From: Tubiluchus corallicola
Taxonomy: Eukaryota; Animalia; Priapulida
Direction of reading: 5' to 3'
DNA length: 64,000 nucleotides
NCBI GenBank assembly: GCA_030141605.1
Contig: JAQGDQ010000211.1
Span: 22,885-86,884 of the forward strand
Below are positions 12,501 through 27,300 of the stretch, piece by piece. Below the pieces are notes generated by a model. It was not told the origin of the DNA. It worked only from the letters and a program-made list of their open reading frames with translations, and did not search any database. The position numbers and the translations under genes are program-made. Each line of letters starts with the position of its first letter. The first letter of the stretch is position 1.

Positions 12501-15262
12501 TAACTATATAGTTGTGAGTTTCTGTAGCGTAATCAGATCACCTGCACATATGCCAACTTTGGTTTGTTCAGTATTTTTTATTTACTCTTGGCTATGGCGC
12601 TTTGACCTGAAAAAAACTGAGCACAAAGTTATCGCATTGGACTCATGTTAGCTGTGAACTACTTATGTAATGTAGGACAGTTTATCTGAAAGATTTAGTG
12701 CTATATTGATAAACTACAAACTTTTTACCGCATTGAGAAGCAATTTAGTTCCTTCTTAAATACATAAATCAAACCGCTAACTCTGTTACTGTGGTTTTAT
12801 TTATCTCACTTTGACTTGGCTATGACTATGTATTTGTAGATTATTCGCTTGCGAAGTAACCTGTAAAGAGGTCTGTTTCGTCGTGATCTTTTTGCTGTTC
12901 TTCTTTGTGTAATAAGCCCTTTCACACTTCCAGCAATTGACGATGATGGTAAAAAGGTCAAAGGTTAACTAAACCTAACATCGTTATCTGAACGAAACAA
13001 CGCATTTGTTTGCAATTTGTGGCACCCATGCTGTTGTAATAGTCACAATTCTTGGCGCTAATTTTTGCTTCAATTGTGTCATTTTACGTGGATTGGTGGA
13101 TTGCTGATGCTATTTTGTTAGCTGGTTTTCTCAGAATAACTCGTTAGTTTAAAACTATACGCGTGTAATATATAGTAAAATAACCACTTTTCACCTGTTT
13201 AACCTACGAATAGTTACATACATAAGGTCACGTGATGGTTGTAGTTAAGCAAGAAGAGCTGGGTACACTTGACCTTTGACCTACAGCAACTACGCTTGCA
13301 CCTAGCGAAACTGTGAACAGGTTTATTATGTTTTCACTTATTTGAAAGGGGGCTATAACTCAGCTAGTAGACCAGCTAGAAGCTGAAATTTGGCACAATG
13401 TGCTTTGCTTAAAGCTGATGTGAATTGGGACAGAATGAGCTGTGAAGGAAAAAAACATGTAATTTCGTAAATTCAAAAAGTCAGTATCTCCAGTTCTGTA
13501 CACGAGAATTGTGCAAAACTTGGCGCTGCCTCCACTACTGTTCTTGTTGTTGTTGTTGATGCTGTTGCTGTTGTTATTGCTGTTGTTGCTGTTGTTGTTG
13601 TTATTGTTGGTGTTGTTGTTGATGTTGCTGCTACTGCTGCGTTGTTGTTGCTGCTGGTGCTATTATTATTATTATTATTATGTTGTCGTTGTTGTTGTTA
13701 TTATTATTATAAGCTTTAAGCGAGCAATCCAATGCTTCACATTCCGGACTAATTTATGGCCCTTTCAAGCAATCGTTAATAATGGAATATTTTTGTTTAC
13801 AGGACTCTTGTCTTCCGGTTGCTGTGTTCGTTTGGGAAGTCGAGAATACTTCGGACGAACCGTACGAGATTAGCATAACGTTCACGTTTAAGAATGGCAT
13901 GGGTGTTCCTGCTGACAGGTACGACATTTGGGCCGCGCCTCTTACGTGCTACTATGTTCACGCAGGAATGTTTGTGGCAGTACTGGAACTTTTACCATTG
14001 TCAAGACAGATCTTATAACGTGAGCTGCTGAACTTGCAGAGCTGTCTCAGACACGTTTGGATTTGGCTGCATCTCCCGTAATGAGGTGAACAGCCAGAAT
14101 CGGCATGGCAAATGAAACCTCCCAAAGCAACTTGTTTGTTAATTTTCGCCATTGTGTACATACCGTGACCTCTCGGCCATATTTCTTTTAATAAATGACA
14201 GTGTTGGATTGCAGATTTAATCTGCTAATTTTTCTTTGGAATCTATGTTTTCTGTGAAAAACTGCTGAATTTTCTGGACGAAATAAATGCAAAAAGTTTA
14301 TAACTCTGCCAGCAGTACTGCCACAATCACTACTGCTTTGAACGTAATGTTATTTGATATCCAACATTTAAATGTTCCATTCTACATGGCTTCCTCAGGG
14401 ACTGCATACGTAAATGGACGACATTCAGTATAACGATTAAACAGAATTTTGCCATTTTGTAATTTGTAATTCATTATCCAGTTCAGCATAATTTTTAAGT
14501 AAGTAAAAAAATTATTTGTCTCTGAATGTTACAAAATAAACATAAACAAAAGCTAAAAACTAAAATAAAGACGGGAAAGAGACGGGGTGGCGAAAAGACC
14601 AAGGGTCACCAAGTCAACCTCCTCTATCCAAACTGAAGAAAATTAAGTGACCTGTCAAGTAAGGTATGTACAAATGAAAATAATCAGCAACTTAACCAAA
14701 AAAAAAATGAGGCAACAAGTTCAAATGAGTTTAAATTTAGAAACAGTAAATAAATTTGGCCATGAGAAGAGGCAAAATTTAAATTAGCAAACACAACGGA
14801 AAATTTAAACTCCTTAAAAACAAAACTAATAATTACATATAAATCAAGAACTCAAACCAACATAAGAAGCAAAAAAAATGAAGCAATATCAAGTCATGAG
14901 TAAATCATCACCAGGTCACCAACTATAATTACAAATTACATTATCACATTGTAACTGTTGTAAATCAAATCAGTCGTAGTTACAATAATTTTAACGAAAT
15001 TATATTGATAAGCTATTATGTGATATAGTTAGGGAAAAAATGCAACTATAATTATACTAATTGTAATAGAACTACATTAATACAGTTACTAAACTACCTA
15101 GTAGTATATTAACCAGAAGTACATGCAGCATGGTGGGTGAATAATTCATTTAATTTCAATAAATCTTCAATTCATTGAAATGAGACATTATCACAAGTCC
15201 GACTTTCATTATGGCTTATATAAAGCTTGAGAGAAAGTCCATGCGTAGAATACGTAATTATT

Positions 15263-15349
<87 letters not shown>

Positions 15350-18300
15350 GCTGCTGCTGCTGCTGCTGTTGTTGTTAATTAATTAATAATTATTAATAAA
15401 TCCTACTGTTTTTTGTCACCAAGGGCAGCTGTTTCTTAGAATAGTCTATCATGTCTGAGACAGTTTCTATGGTTATAAGATAAACAGTTAATAAAAGTCT
15501 ACAGTCACTTTTTTTTCAGGGAGGGTTACAGATTTACAGAATAGCTTACTATCTCCAAGACAATTTCTATGAGTAGAATACAAATGTTTAATAAAAGCCC
15601 ACAGTTTTTTTATCAGGGAGGGTGGCTGTTACGTAGAATTGCTTACCATGCTTGAGACATTTCTTACAGGTAGACTACAAAATTATTAATAAAAGCCTGC
15701 CATCTTTTCAGGGAGGGTGGCTGTTTTGTAGAATTGCTTGTAACCATGCCTGAGACATTTCTTACAGGTAGACTACAAAATTATTAATAAAAGTCTGCCA
15801 TCTTTTCAGGGAGGGTGGCTGTTTCATAGAATTGCTTACCATGCCTGAGACATTTCTTACAGATAGACTACAAAATTGTTAATAAAAGCCTGCCATCTTT
15901 TTATCAGGGAGGGTGGCTGTTTCGTAGAATTGCTTGTAACCATGCTTGAGGCATTTCTTACAGGTAGACTACAGAATTATTAACAAAAGCCTGCCGTCTT
16001 TTTACCAGGGAGGGTGGCTGTTTCACAGAATCTTTCCTCACCGACAATCTTGAATCTGGCGTAGGAGGAGTAAAAATACATCAGCAGTTTAAAGGGATGC
16101 CTTGTGTATACGGAATTGCAGCCGCTGCAAAGGTGCGTCTGATTAAGAATGTTAAATGTACATCAGTTTCTCTTAATTCAATAATAATGTTCAAAGATGG
16201 CGACACGAACCCTGTTATCTGAACATGCGTAAAATGGCGACATCTATTTTGCGAAAGGGGAAGCACTATACGCTAGCGCTTCTTTTAAAGTTTCGTGGTT
16301 GACACTTCTCACTTGGTTACATTCATTGTGCTAAGCACGTCGACGAAAAATTGCTCCTTGTGATTTATTGATTTTTCGTTACTTTCGTTGTCTGTAGAAA
16401 GGAGTTGATATCTCGCACAAGCTGTCGTGGAATCCTAGGGGCGATGGTGCTGACATCTGGATGGAGTTGTATCAGTCCGGATGCTTGTCAGGAGAATGCG
16501 GTACCGATCGGATTTTTTTTACGTTATTGTTAAAAAATGAGTGTTTAAGATATTGATTTTTTTATACACAATTTTAATACCTGTCCTACGGTTAATAGAT
16601 TAATATTTCCTTAACATCTTATAATATAATACTATTAGTATTGGAATCGAGAATCTTTGTTAAAATATTGCATAGCTGCCCAAAAAGCAAAGTGTTTCAG
16701 TTTCAGAGTTTCGGATTTAGCATTCCTTCCATTTTATCAGGGGCGGCTCGTAGCTAAAATTCGTGGGGTGCTGCTTCAGAAAATTTTTAGCCATTGTTTT
16801 AATTCTGTGTAAAACGAAACAAACATATGTACTTTTAATGTCGTAAATTGTAATTGTAATTTTTTACGAACAAAAATATGAAAGTTTATACATAAGCTTG
16901 ATAAAATTCTAAACAAGGAAAATGTTTTGACTGTGACAACACACACTGTGTGAGCGACAGTACTTTCTCTACCTAGCAGCAGATGCTGGCAGTGCAGAGT
17001 ACAGCGTGTTATCTCAGACATGTGTGCATGGCTGCATGCGCAAAACAGCCAAACATGCCACTGTGCTGGTCTGTCAAGCAAACAGTACTACGCTCTCGTG
17101 ATCTGGTTCAGTACAAGTATGAAGAAAGAACTAAAGGAAAAAAGACTTATTATATTGAATATTACCAATCATATTGAGTGATAATAGGGGGTGCTGCAGT
17201 TCCACAGTATCTATACACAAGCCGCCACTGTATTTTACTGTAATAGCCATTTTTATCTATTATTACTGTAACACCGCGAACTCTGTAATAACTGTTCAGT
17301 GTGGCCGAAAAAAGTACTTTTGCACATACTGTCTGTTCATTTGTTATTAAGAATTGAATTCAAATTAAATTGAGTTTAGCAGTTTCAAATTAAATCAGAC
17401 TCAAACTTGACACGAATTGGAACATTCAATGCATTCGAACGTGAATTTAAACGTTCCACGTACAGCGTTAGTATTTACTGCTTACTGATTATTGCAAGTA
17501 TTAGATTCTTCTGGGTCGTAGTGCCGTTCTTGTATGTTTATGTACTGCATTTTTGTATATTATGTTCTTATGATTACGTTCGTAGGTCAGAGTGTGGGTC
17601 GCATTGCCGTTCTTGTATGTTTACATACTAAATTTTTGTATATTAAGTTCTTATGATTACGTTCGTAGGTCATAGTGTGGATTGCAGTGCCGTTCTTGTA
17701 TGTTTACGTACTGCATTTTGGTATATTATGTTCTTATGATTACGTTCGTAGGTCGGAGTGTGGGTTGTAGTGCCGTTCTTGTATGTTTATGTACTGCATT
17801 TTTGTATATTATGTTCTTATGATTACGTTCGTAGGTCAGAGTGTGGGTTGTAGTGCCATTCTTGTATGTTTATGTACTGCATTTTTGTATATTATGTTCT
17901 TATGATTACGTTCGTAGGTCGGAGTGTGGGTTGTAGTGCCGTTCTTGTATGTTTATGTACTGCATTTTTGTATATTATGTTCTTATGATTACGTTCGTAG
18001 GTCAGAGTGTGGGTTGTAGTGCCATTCTTGTATGTTTATGTACTGCATTTTTGTATATGATGTTCTTATGATTACGTTCGTAGGTCGGAGTGTGGGTTGT
18101 AGTGCCGTTCTTGTATGTTTATGTACTGCATTTTTGTATATTATGTTCTTATGATTACGTTCGTAGGTCGGAGTGTGGGTTGTAGTGCCATTCTTGTATG
18201 TTTATGTACTGCATTTTTGTATATGATGTTCTTATGATTACGTTCGTAGGTCAGAGTGTGGGTTGTAGTGCCGTTCTTGTATGTTTATGTACTGCATTTT

Positions 18301-21300
18301 TGTATATTATGTTCTTATGATTACGTTGGTAGGTCGGAGTGTGGGTTGTAGTGTCATTCTTGTATGTTTATGTACTGCATTTTTGTATATTAAGTTCTTA
18401 TGATTACGTTCGTACGTCAGAGTATGGGTTGTAGTGCCGTTCTTGTATGTTTATGTACTGCGTTTTTGTATATTAAGTTCTTATGATTACATTCGTAGGT
18501 CGGAGTGTGGGTTGTAGTGCCGTTCTTGTATGTTTATGTACTGCGTTTTTGTATATTAAGTTCTTATGATTACATTCGTAGGTCGGAGTCATGTAACCAA
18601 GCGAGGCCAGGAAATAGCATGTGCCATTTCTTCGCGAGTCACAGCGTATCCTGGTACTCCTGCGTCTCTTCAGATGTGCTGCGTCTGGGACATGCCCAGG
18701 ATCCAGTTTGGGGCAAAGCGACAGTTTTACTATAGGTGCGTTTCTACAGACGTGTACTGTTTCATGTTGTACTGCATCTTCATATTTTGCTCTTCTTTGG
18801 CTGTTTGCTGAATTATTTTTGAGTGTAAAATTTTTAGTCGTTACTAGGAAGTGCGTAGGATAGGGTCTGTTTGTCTGCCTGTCTGCTTCAAATACCCACA
18901 CCAGTCAGTCAGTCAGCCAGTAGGTGCTTCAGAATTCTCTGACGACAGTCATTTTCAGCATTGTCTGTCATCATGTCTCTGGAGTCACATGTCCTCTAAC
19001 ATGACCTTCCTGATCACTTTACTCCATGCTGCCCTGTCACCCGCAACCTCCCATGTCTCTGTATTTTTGATATCTAATGGTGTGTTGATAAGATCTTTTT
19101 GGATGAAATTGATGTAAGTTTGCAGCAGTCGTTAGTTTTTTTCTTTCTGCAGTGCTTCTTTGAAAGCTGATTTTAATGGACTGTCATCTGGTAGTCGTAT
19201 AACATGTCCTGTCCATCTTAATCTTCTCCTTTTGATTTTAATTGTCCATTCCTCTGTCTTGACTTTATTGTACAAATCCTGGTTTGATATTTTCTTTGGT
19301 CATTTTATTCCTAGAATGTTCCTGCAGTTTCTTCTTTGAAATGCATCAATTTCTGACTCGTGTTGTGCTTTGATTGTCCATAATTCTGAGTTATTGAGAA
19401 ACACAGTTTCCACAAGTGCAGCAAAGATTTTTAATTGGCAGATCTAAACTGTTCCTCTTACTTTTAAAAAATTTTTGTCTATTTTCGGAAGGAAAATTTG
19501 AACCGATTTTTCTACGATTCGCGTAGAGAGAAACCATAATGCAACGAATACCTTTTCAAAGAATTTTCGTGTAAGATATATTCCTCTGCATTGGCAGATA
19601 AGCTATCAGACAACATGTTTAGAAATAAAACCGTCACCACTAACTATGAATTACATTATAATGCACAAACAGAGTATTACACACCCACAATGTGCTGGGG
19701 CTAAGATACAGAGACAAACACATGGGGGTATTTGATGGAGAGATTTGTGCCATCACCTCTGTAGATAGCAGGTGAAATGATGAAAATTATTAAAAAACAA
19801 ACTCATATGTTGGTTTGCCGGACAAAAACGGGCTTGCCGGACAAAAACGAACAAAAAAGTCCGAATTTGCCGACTGTCCATATTTTCGGATAGTAAACTA
19901 ATACAGTAGGCTCGTGGTAATGTAGAATCAATCGCTTAACTGTCTCAGAAACATCTGCTGCGGGCCACTGCTATGCAAAAAGTATGTAAAAACGGTCAGC
20001 AATTGACTCAAATAACTCTGCATAATTGACTCTATTGACTCTGATGTAATGATGTAAGCAAAGTGACGGCCCGCCAAGTGTCTACGAGCTCGTGAAATAA
20101 CGGACTGTGTCCTTAGTAATGCCGGACTTTTTAACGGTCCAGATTTTGTCCGAATTTTCCAATAGCCATAAAAGTGAGGTCCTTCAAACCGAGATATGAG
20201 TGTATAAACAGGTAATACCAGAAACCTTAGCTCGTTTAGAATGACTCCTGCTTGTTTCATACACGGTCTGCACTTGTTTATGTGATTTAAATCAGTTTTT
20301 GGAAAAATTTCCAAGGTAAATTTGTTTAGACCGTTTTACTTGCTATATTAATATTAAACTATTTGATAATTGGCTCTTTAAGGGCAGGCAGGATGATTTT
20401 TCATATACTACCCCATTTTCAAGTACGGTAAAAAATATACATTTCAACACAATTAATACTGTGAAAGCATTTCAGATAATTAAATAATAGATTAAAATCT
20501 TAATTAATGCCGTGCTAGCCCAACTATTGGTGACATCACAAACTAACATAATTTTCAACAGCAAAAATATTCCTTAAGCGTGTTGCACGTGTTTGCGAAA
20601 GCAAAAATTGAAGTACAGTGCTACTGTGAGATATTCAGTGCATTGCACTAAAAATTAGCAAGTTTTAAGATAAAAATTCAAATTTTTAAATTTACGCTAT
20701 GTTCATATATGAGCTGTCGAATATGTGTAGTTCGTCACAAACTAACATGTGAAGTGAGAGGTACAGCACCTGTTTTTTGGGCATTGCGTTTCCGAAATAC
20801 AGGCGCTGGTGCCCGTCTAACTATCGAATGGCGAAATGCGTGTAACAGCAAAGAACTAGTGGCGCTAACGCGAAAATGTGTTTGTGTGGTAATAACTGTT
20901 TTACGTAAGTCATTTTTGAAATAGTATGTTTCATGTCAATCTTTTAAAGAATAGGCTGTTTTGATGTACAGTTTAAGATTGGGTCTGGTTTTGCTTTAAG
21001 TGTGCACTTTTCTAGAATTTTTGCGCATAATCTTTTAAATTTGATAGAAAGGCAGAAATTTTTTTATTGGCTGTTGTGTCCTCTTCAGGCAATAAAATGG
21101 ACTGAATGGAATTTTTGCAGGCGCTACACTCGCTGGTTTGGCAGGAACGGCAACGCAGCACCAGCTCTGTGTGCATATGCTTTAAACAATTACAGAAAAT
21201 GGGACAAAGCAATAAACGCCTGGATCAAGCCAATACTCACAGATACGTAAGTTCACTTTTTACTTTTAAGGTGTGGTGGATGACTCTGGTTTAAAAGATT

Positions 21301-24300
21301 TCTGGTCTTGCTGTATGAGATTCGCGAAGTGCCAATAATAAAGTACATGGGCACTCTTCTAAACACCGAAGATGATCATAAAAGTAGAAAGGAACAAGCA
21401 GTGAATGCTTTCTTCAACGCAAGAATGTATTAACCGGCAAGAAATTAAGTCTTAACGTAAGACTTCGATTATTTAATACTTACGTTACCAGCATATTTAT
21501 GTACAACAGCGAAACTGGGGGTTTAACGATCACTCAAGAAAAGCAGATTGACACATTTCATAGAAGTCTTCTTAGAAAAGTTTTAAAGATAAGGTGGCCA
21601 TACATAATCAAAAATGAAGATTTATACACCAGAACGAAAGAAACTTCTTGGAGTTGAAAAGTGAAGATCTGAAGATTAAGATGGCTAAGACATCTTCTAA
21701 GATTACCAAATGAAACACCAGTAAGAATCATCTTAAAAGAAGCCTTAAAACCTTGGAAAAACCACCTGGCAAAACTAAAAACAACTTGAATAGCTAAGAT
21801 AAATAAAAATCTTCAATCAAATCTAACTTCAGGAATAAAAGAACTTGCTGTTAGCTGCAGATAGGAGTGGGTGGAATACTCTAAAAATGATAAAGCCTCA
21901 ATATCAACAAAAATGTAATGGGACCTTGAAGGTTGCTACATGTTAGCATCGCATAGTGCAATTCATCACTCTTGAATGTTATTGTATCATTTAATGATCA
22001 CTTTTTGTTGGCACAAGTGTTTGTGGTGTATTACACAACAGTTGACATTCACTGCAACTGTTTGTGGTCTGTTAGACAACAGCTAACATTCACTGTAACT
22101 ATTTATGGTGTGCTAACTGCAATTCTTGAGCTATTAGTCGTTCTAAGTGACTTGATAAAGGAAGACCGGACCCAATTGTAAACTGTAGCTACCCTAATAA
22201 TAAAACAAAACGTAATAAATGGGACGTAATAAAATAATAAAAACGAGACGTGCAGATAAGAGAAACGGAAAATAATAATACTACACTTTCTAATCACAAG
22301 TACTTCAAGGTGTGGGAATAGCTGAGCGGTCATATTGTGTGACGGTCATAGTTCCACAGTTAAGCAACAGTGAATCTGGTAAGAAAACTCAATTCTGCCT
22401 GGCACGAATCACCTCTCTTAGGTAAGTTAAAGACAGACATACATCTCATGTCTGACCAAAGCTAAAGCATTTCAACTAGTTTTGTATCTCATCCTAGAGC
22501 ATTATTCCTGCTAAAGAGCTAACTACGTTCCCATCCCACCACAATCGAAAAAGAAAAATTTAAGTAGCCAATACAGTACCATCTTGCATGTCTGTATAAA
22601 AAAGGGTGTTGGAAATATAATCACAAATCGAATCAAATCAGAAATGGGCACACATTTGTTTTTTAAAGGAAAACTGCAAGATTTTTCATATCCTACCCCA
22701 TTTTGAAGTACAGTAAAAACTACACATTTTAAGACCTATGACATCGCTGAAGCATTTGTGATAATTTAATAATAGCTTAAAAACTTAATTAATGGGCGGT
22801 GAGCCCCGCTAATGATGGCACAAATGAACATTATTTTCAGCATAAACATTCCTAGAACATGTTTGCGAAAGCGAAAATTGAAGTACAGTGCTACTGTAAG
22901 ATATTCAGTGTGATATACAAAAAGTACATCAGAACTGAATAACATTTGAACTGACAGTTACAGCACCTGTTTTTTTGTTCAATGCATTTCTCAGATGTGG
23001 GCGCTAGTGCCCATCTAACCAGCGAATGGTGAAATAGCCGTGTGAAGGCGAAATTATGAAATTAGGTTTTGGTGGTAATAATTCTTTCAAGTAAGTCACA
23101 CTTGAAAATTTTCAATATTTTATAGGGTCGATTGTTTTCAGCTACAGTTTACGAGTGGGTCCTGTTTTCCTTTATCAAATGACTTAGATGGACTAATGGC
23201 TGAAGAATTGCAGTTAGTACACCATAAATACTAAATGGTGAATGAATGTCAGTTGTTGTGTAACACGCCACAAACAGTTACGTTGAATGTCAACTGTTGT
23301 GTAATACAGCACAAACAGTTATGGTGAATGTCAACTGTTAAGTAACACACCAAAAACACTTGTGGCAACAGAAAGTGTTCTTTAAATGATACAATAACAT
23401 TCAAAAATGATGAATTGCACTCTGCCGGTCTCATAAGCAATAGGTCAGGTCCAGTAATAAATTTGGGGTTGATTATTATAAAATATGGAAAATTCACATT
23501 TGACCAAATTTTTGCTGCTTTCTACTTTGCAGCATCAAAGCGTAGATTTAACTATGCCGACTTATGGACGGTTTTGGTTTGCAAGCACACGTATATAAAC
23601 ATATATAAATTTTGTTTAAATTTAGATGTCTACCTAGCTGGTACAAGTCAGCCCTGTTTAACGAGTTGTACTTCATATCTGACGGAGGCACAATCTGGGT
23701 GGATGTTGCGCAGGAAAAGGGCTTCTGTCCCGCACTCAATAACAATTCACAGCTCACTCACGAGTACGGCAAATTTGCTTACTTAGAAGGTACTGTATTT
23801 GTACAGGTTGTTGCAAAAGAAACAGTCAATCAAATTTAATGCTTTAAACATACGAATGCTGCAGCATTCAAACTCCATAGACATAGAACATTTATTTTCT
23901 CCAATTAGTTTAACATCAAAAGTTTTTTAAATATTAAGTAATTATAATCATGGAGTAGGGAAGGGAAGGAGAACAGGGTCATCTAGTCTCCTGCCCTTTC
24001 TTATAAATAGATTAGTATATTAAAAATTAACGGTGATGCTGCAGATAACAAAAACAAATAAGAAAAAATGATAAAAGAAACAGTATAAATGATACAAAAT
24101 ATCCAAAATATCTGAAAACAAAAAATAATAAAGTTATTACCTAAATCTAAACAAAACAATACAATTATTCAGTAATTAGGATTATTATATGTAGTAGTTT
24201 CAAATGGGGTCTTATTAACAGGGGAATTTGACCAAGGTTAGTGAGTAAAAAAAATAAGCACAAAAGTGTAATATGAGAAAAAGTAAGTATAAGAAGGAGC

Positions 24301-27300
24301 TTAGGAGATGAGGAGAAAAAAGAAAAAAATTTGCTTATTAGTCTTACAAGTTATGTACTACCGGTATGTATTGAAGAATGTCTTTTTGCACTAATGTTTT
24401 TCTTTTACTAATAGGTATCTTTACGACCACGACCTTTGTTACTTTATTAATAAAAGGTATAAATCAATTAAAATGAAATTACTCATTCATCACTTTCATC
24501 ACAGCCTATATCTTTATCTGTTTCCACTTGGAAAATGCTCTTAGCTTATAACCAGCAAATACCAGTGATACAAAAAATTTTGAATATATTATTGTAACAT
24601 TATACAATTATAGTTATTACTATAAGTATAATGTATAATTTAATCTCTTCTCCCCCACTTAAATCTGAGTATATATATCATTGTATACACAAGTAAGCAA
24701 TATGGTGCATTGTAATACAAATAAGTGATACATTGACAGATAATCACATAATTCATATTCATAACTATTTAAAAAAAAATTTCACTCTTTAAGGCTCACT
24801 TAAAATCATAATTACATATTATGTTTTCCTTAACTTTCAGGTTTATTGCTCTTATACCACTGCTATTATTACATCATTTACTTCATCCTTAATTACATTA
24901 AGTTATCTACAGAAGCACGCATAACTATAATCATTTTTTCATTTAAGTAAGGTGAGTGTGTTAATGACCGTATGGTCGTACACTTACCTCGCACTACTCA
25001 AATCTTTTATTTAAAGTTTATTAATGTGTATGATATTGTATTTTGATGTGTGAAAATAAATTCATAGTTCATAGTTCAAAGTGAAGTCATACAAAGGTAT
25101 ATGTAGGAAAGTAGGAATAATGAAAGAAACAATATAGTATTGTTTTAATGCAGAAGACTAAGTTAATTTTGTCATTTTTATTATATTTTGACTGCTCTGT
25201 TTGTTTTGTGACACCCTGTACTTCCTCTGTGTGTCACATTCTTAAGCATTTAAGTTGTCGATTCTTTCGTGTTTGATAAACACTAATCTTAATGTTTTTT
25301 ATGCATAAGACACACACTGAAAGCCACGAACTAACAGTATGTGACACATCCTGCTTAACTGTGGCGGGACGAGAACCCGTCAAGTTGTAAACGATAAGAC
25401 TTTAAAATGAGGTACTGAACTGATAGTGGTGTCTTACCCTTGCTTGGATATGTATACATCCTCCCTCTATGGAGTGAATGATGAAAGGCAGTGTGGTAAA
25501 TGAAACCATTTCCCGCTGGTCGCCCATCCACGTTCTACTCATACTCACCATTGCTTGCCTTAGATTGCAAAGCACTCGTAGGTACTAATATTTATAAATT
25601 TCTTTTTTAGGTCAGGAATATAGAATGTACAATACTTACGATGTTCATTATTACGCTTCTTTTGCACTCGCCATGCTGTGGCCAAAATTAGAGCTTTCGC
25701 TACTATATGATTTTGGTATGTATCGAGCAAGTGATGTTTATAAACAACGTCCAGTCATTAACGAAGGGCTTTAACGATGATAATTTAAGTAAGTACAGTA
25801 TGACATCGTTATAGCAAACCTGCTTTTGACCCAGAGTACTCTATAGCTAAGATATGCTATAAGTGTACGTGGTAGTAATATGTATATGACTACCGGATAG
25901 ATGGGCAAGCATGTGTAAAAGTCCATAATAACTTACAATTACATTGTAATGCAGGCAACGGGGCCCAGTAAAAACTCCATAATAACTTACAATTGCATTG
26001 TAATGCAGGCAACGGGGCCCAGTAAAAACTCCATAATAACTTACAATTACATTGTAATGCAGGCAACGGGGCCCAGTAAAAAGTCCATAATAACTTACAA
26101 TTACATTGTAATGCAGGCAACGGGGCCCAGTAAAAAGTCCATAATAACTTACAATTACATTGTAATACAGGCAACGGGGCCCAGTAAAAACTCCATAATA
26201 ACTTACAATTGCATTGTAATGCAGGCAACGGGGCCCAGTAAAAAGTCCATAATAACTTACAATTGCATTGTAATGCAGGCAATGGGGCCCAGTAAAAAGT
26301 CCATAATAACTTACAATTGCATTGTAATGCAGGCAATGGGGCCCAGTAAAAAGTCCATAATAACTTACAATTGCATTGTTATGCAGGCAACGGGGACCAT
26401 AATAACGCTGTACTATAGAAAATATAAATGGCTAAGTAGGTGTATCAAACTTACCAAGAAAAGGTTCGAACTGTCCTGGAGGAATAATGGGGTAGCCAAC
26501 TCCCACATGGGTGTGTTGGTGTGTGTGCACATGCCTTTATATTCACGTGAATGCGCTGTATTCAAAGCTGTTACGCTACTTAAATAAATGACGAAAGTTC
26601 ATTTTCTTTTGCGAATTTGCAAAACCGGCGTGTAGGTGATAATCCATGTTCGCTATAATGGTGTTATACTTTACGTGTAAAAGATTGCAATCCGTTCAAG
26701 GGTGATACCTGTTCAACTTCGTCTAGTGAATGATGAGAATCAATTTGAATTTAACTAAGTGAAGTAGTGTAGTTCTGGGGTATTTTGTATGCAAAATGTG
26801 TGCTCCAAACAAGTATACTGGCACTCAGGCTAAAGTGTCACGATAGAAATGTAAAAATAAATATACGCGGACAGAAAAATAGTTCTAATAACGTACTAGT
26901 GAGCTAACGCACTCTCTAAAAATACCTTTACGTGCATTTTGACCTTTTAGCATCTGTAATCCAGTATGAAGACAAGGAGCCAATCAAGTACATGTTTGAA
27001 GGGCAGACGGATTTTCGCAAAGAGCAGAATAGTGTCCCGCATGACATGGGTGATCCAGGTTAGTTTAATTTAGACTGAATAAGAGGCTTGTGCATGAAAT
27101 CATTTATTTGCTACTGTCACAGTATCGTTTATATCGCTTAAAGCACAAGAAAACCGTCCACTTACATAAAGCTTAAAAAATTCGTCTTGAAATTTTAAAC
27201 CGCTTACGTACTGCCTTTTTGCATACAGGGCTTGCGTCGGCGGTAACGCTGTATAAAACATGTAAATTTAAACTTCCGTGATGACCGTTAAGTGCAGCCA

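Noticed and set aside
13511-13802. Poly-Leu signal-like ORF
   Set aside because: Trinucleotide microsatellite.
17512-18589. CRISPR-like regular repeat
   Set aside because: Head-to-tail units without unique spacers, no cas genes, eukaryotic context; the same applies to the 54-, 82- and 27-bp arrays.
25890-26587. Repeat-protein ORFs of 148 and 212 aa
   Set aside because: By-products of the 54-bp minisatellite in GBA2 intron 11, open on both strands.
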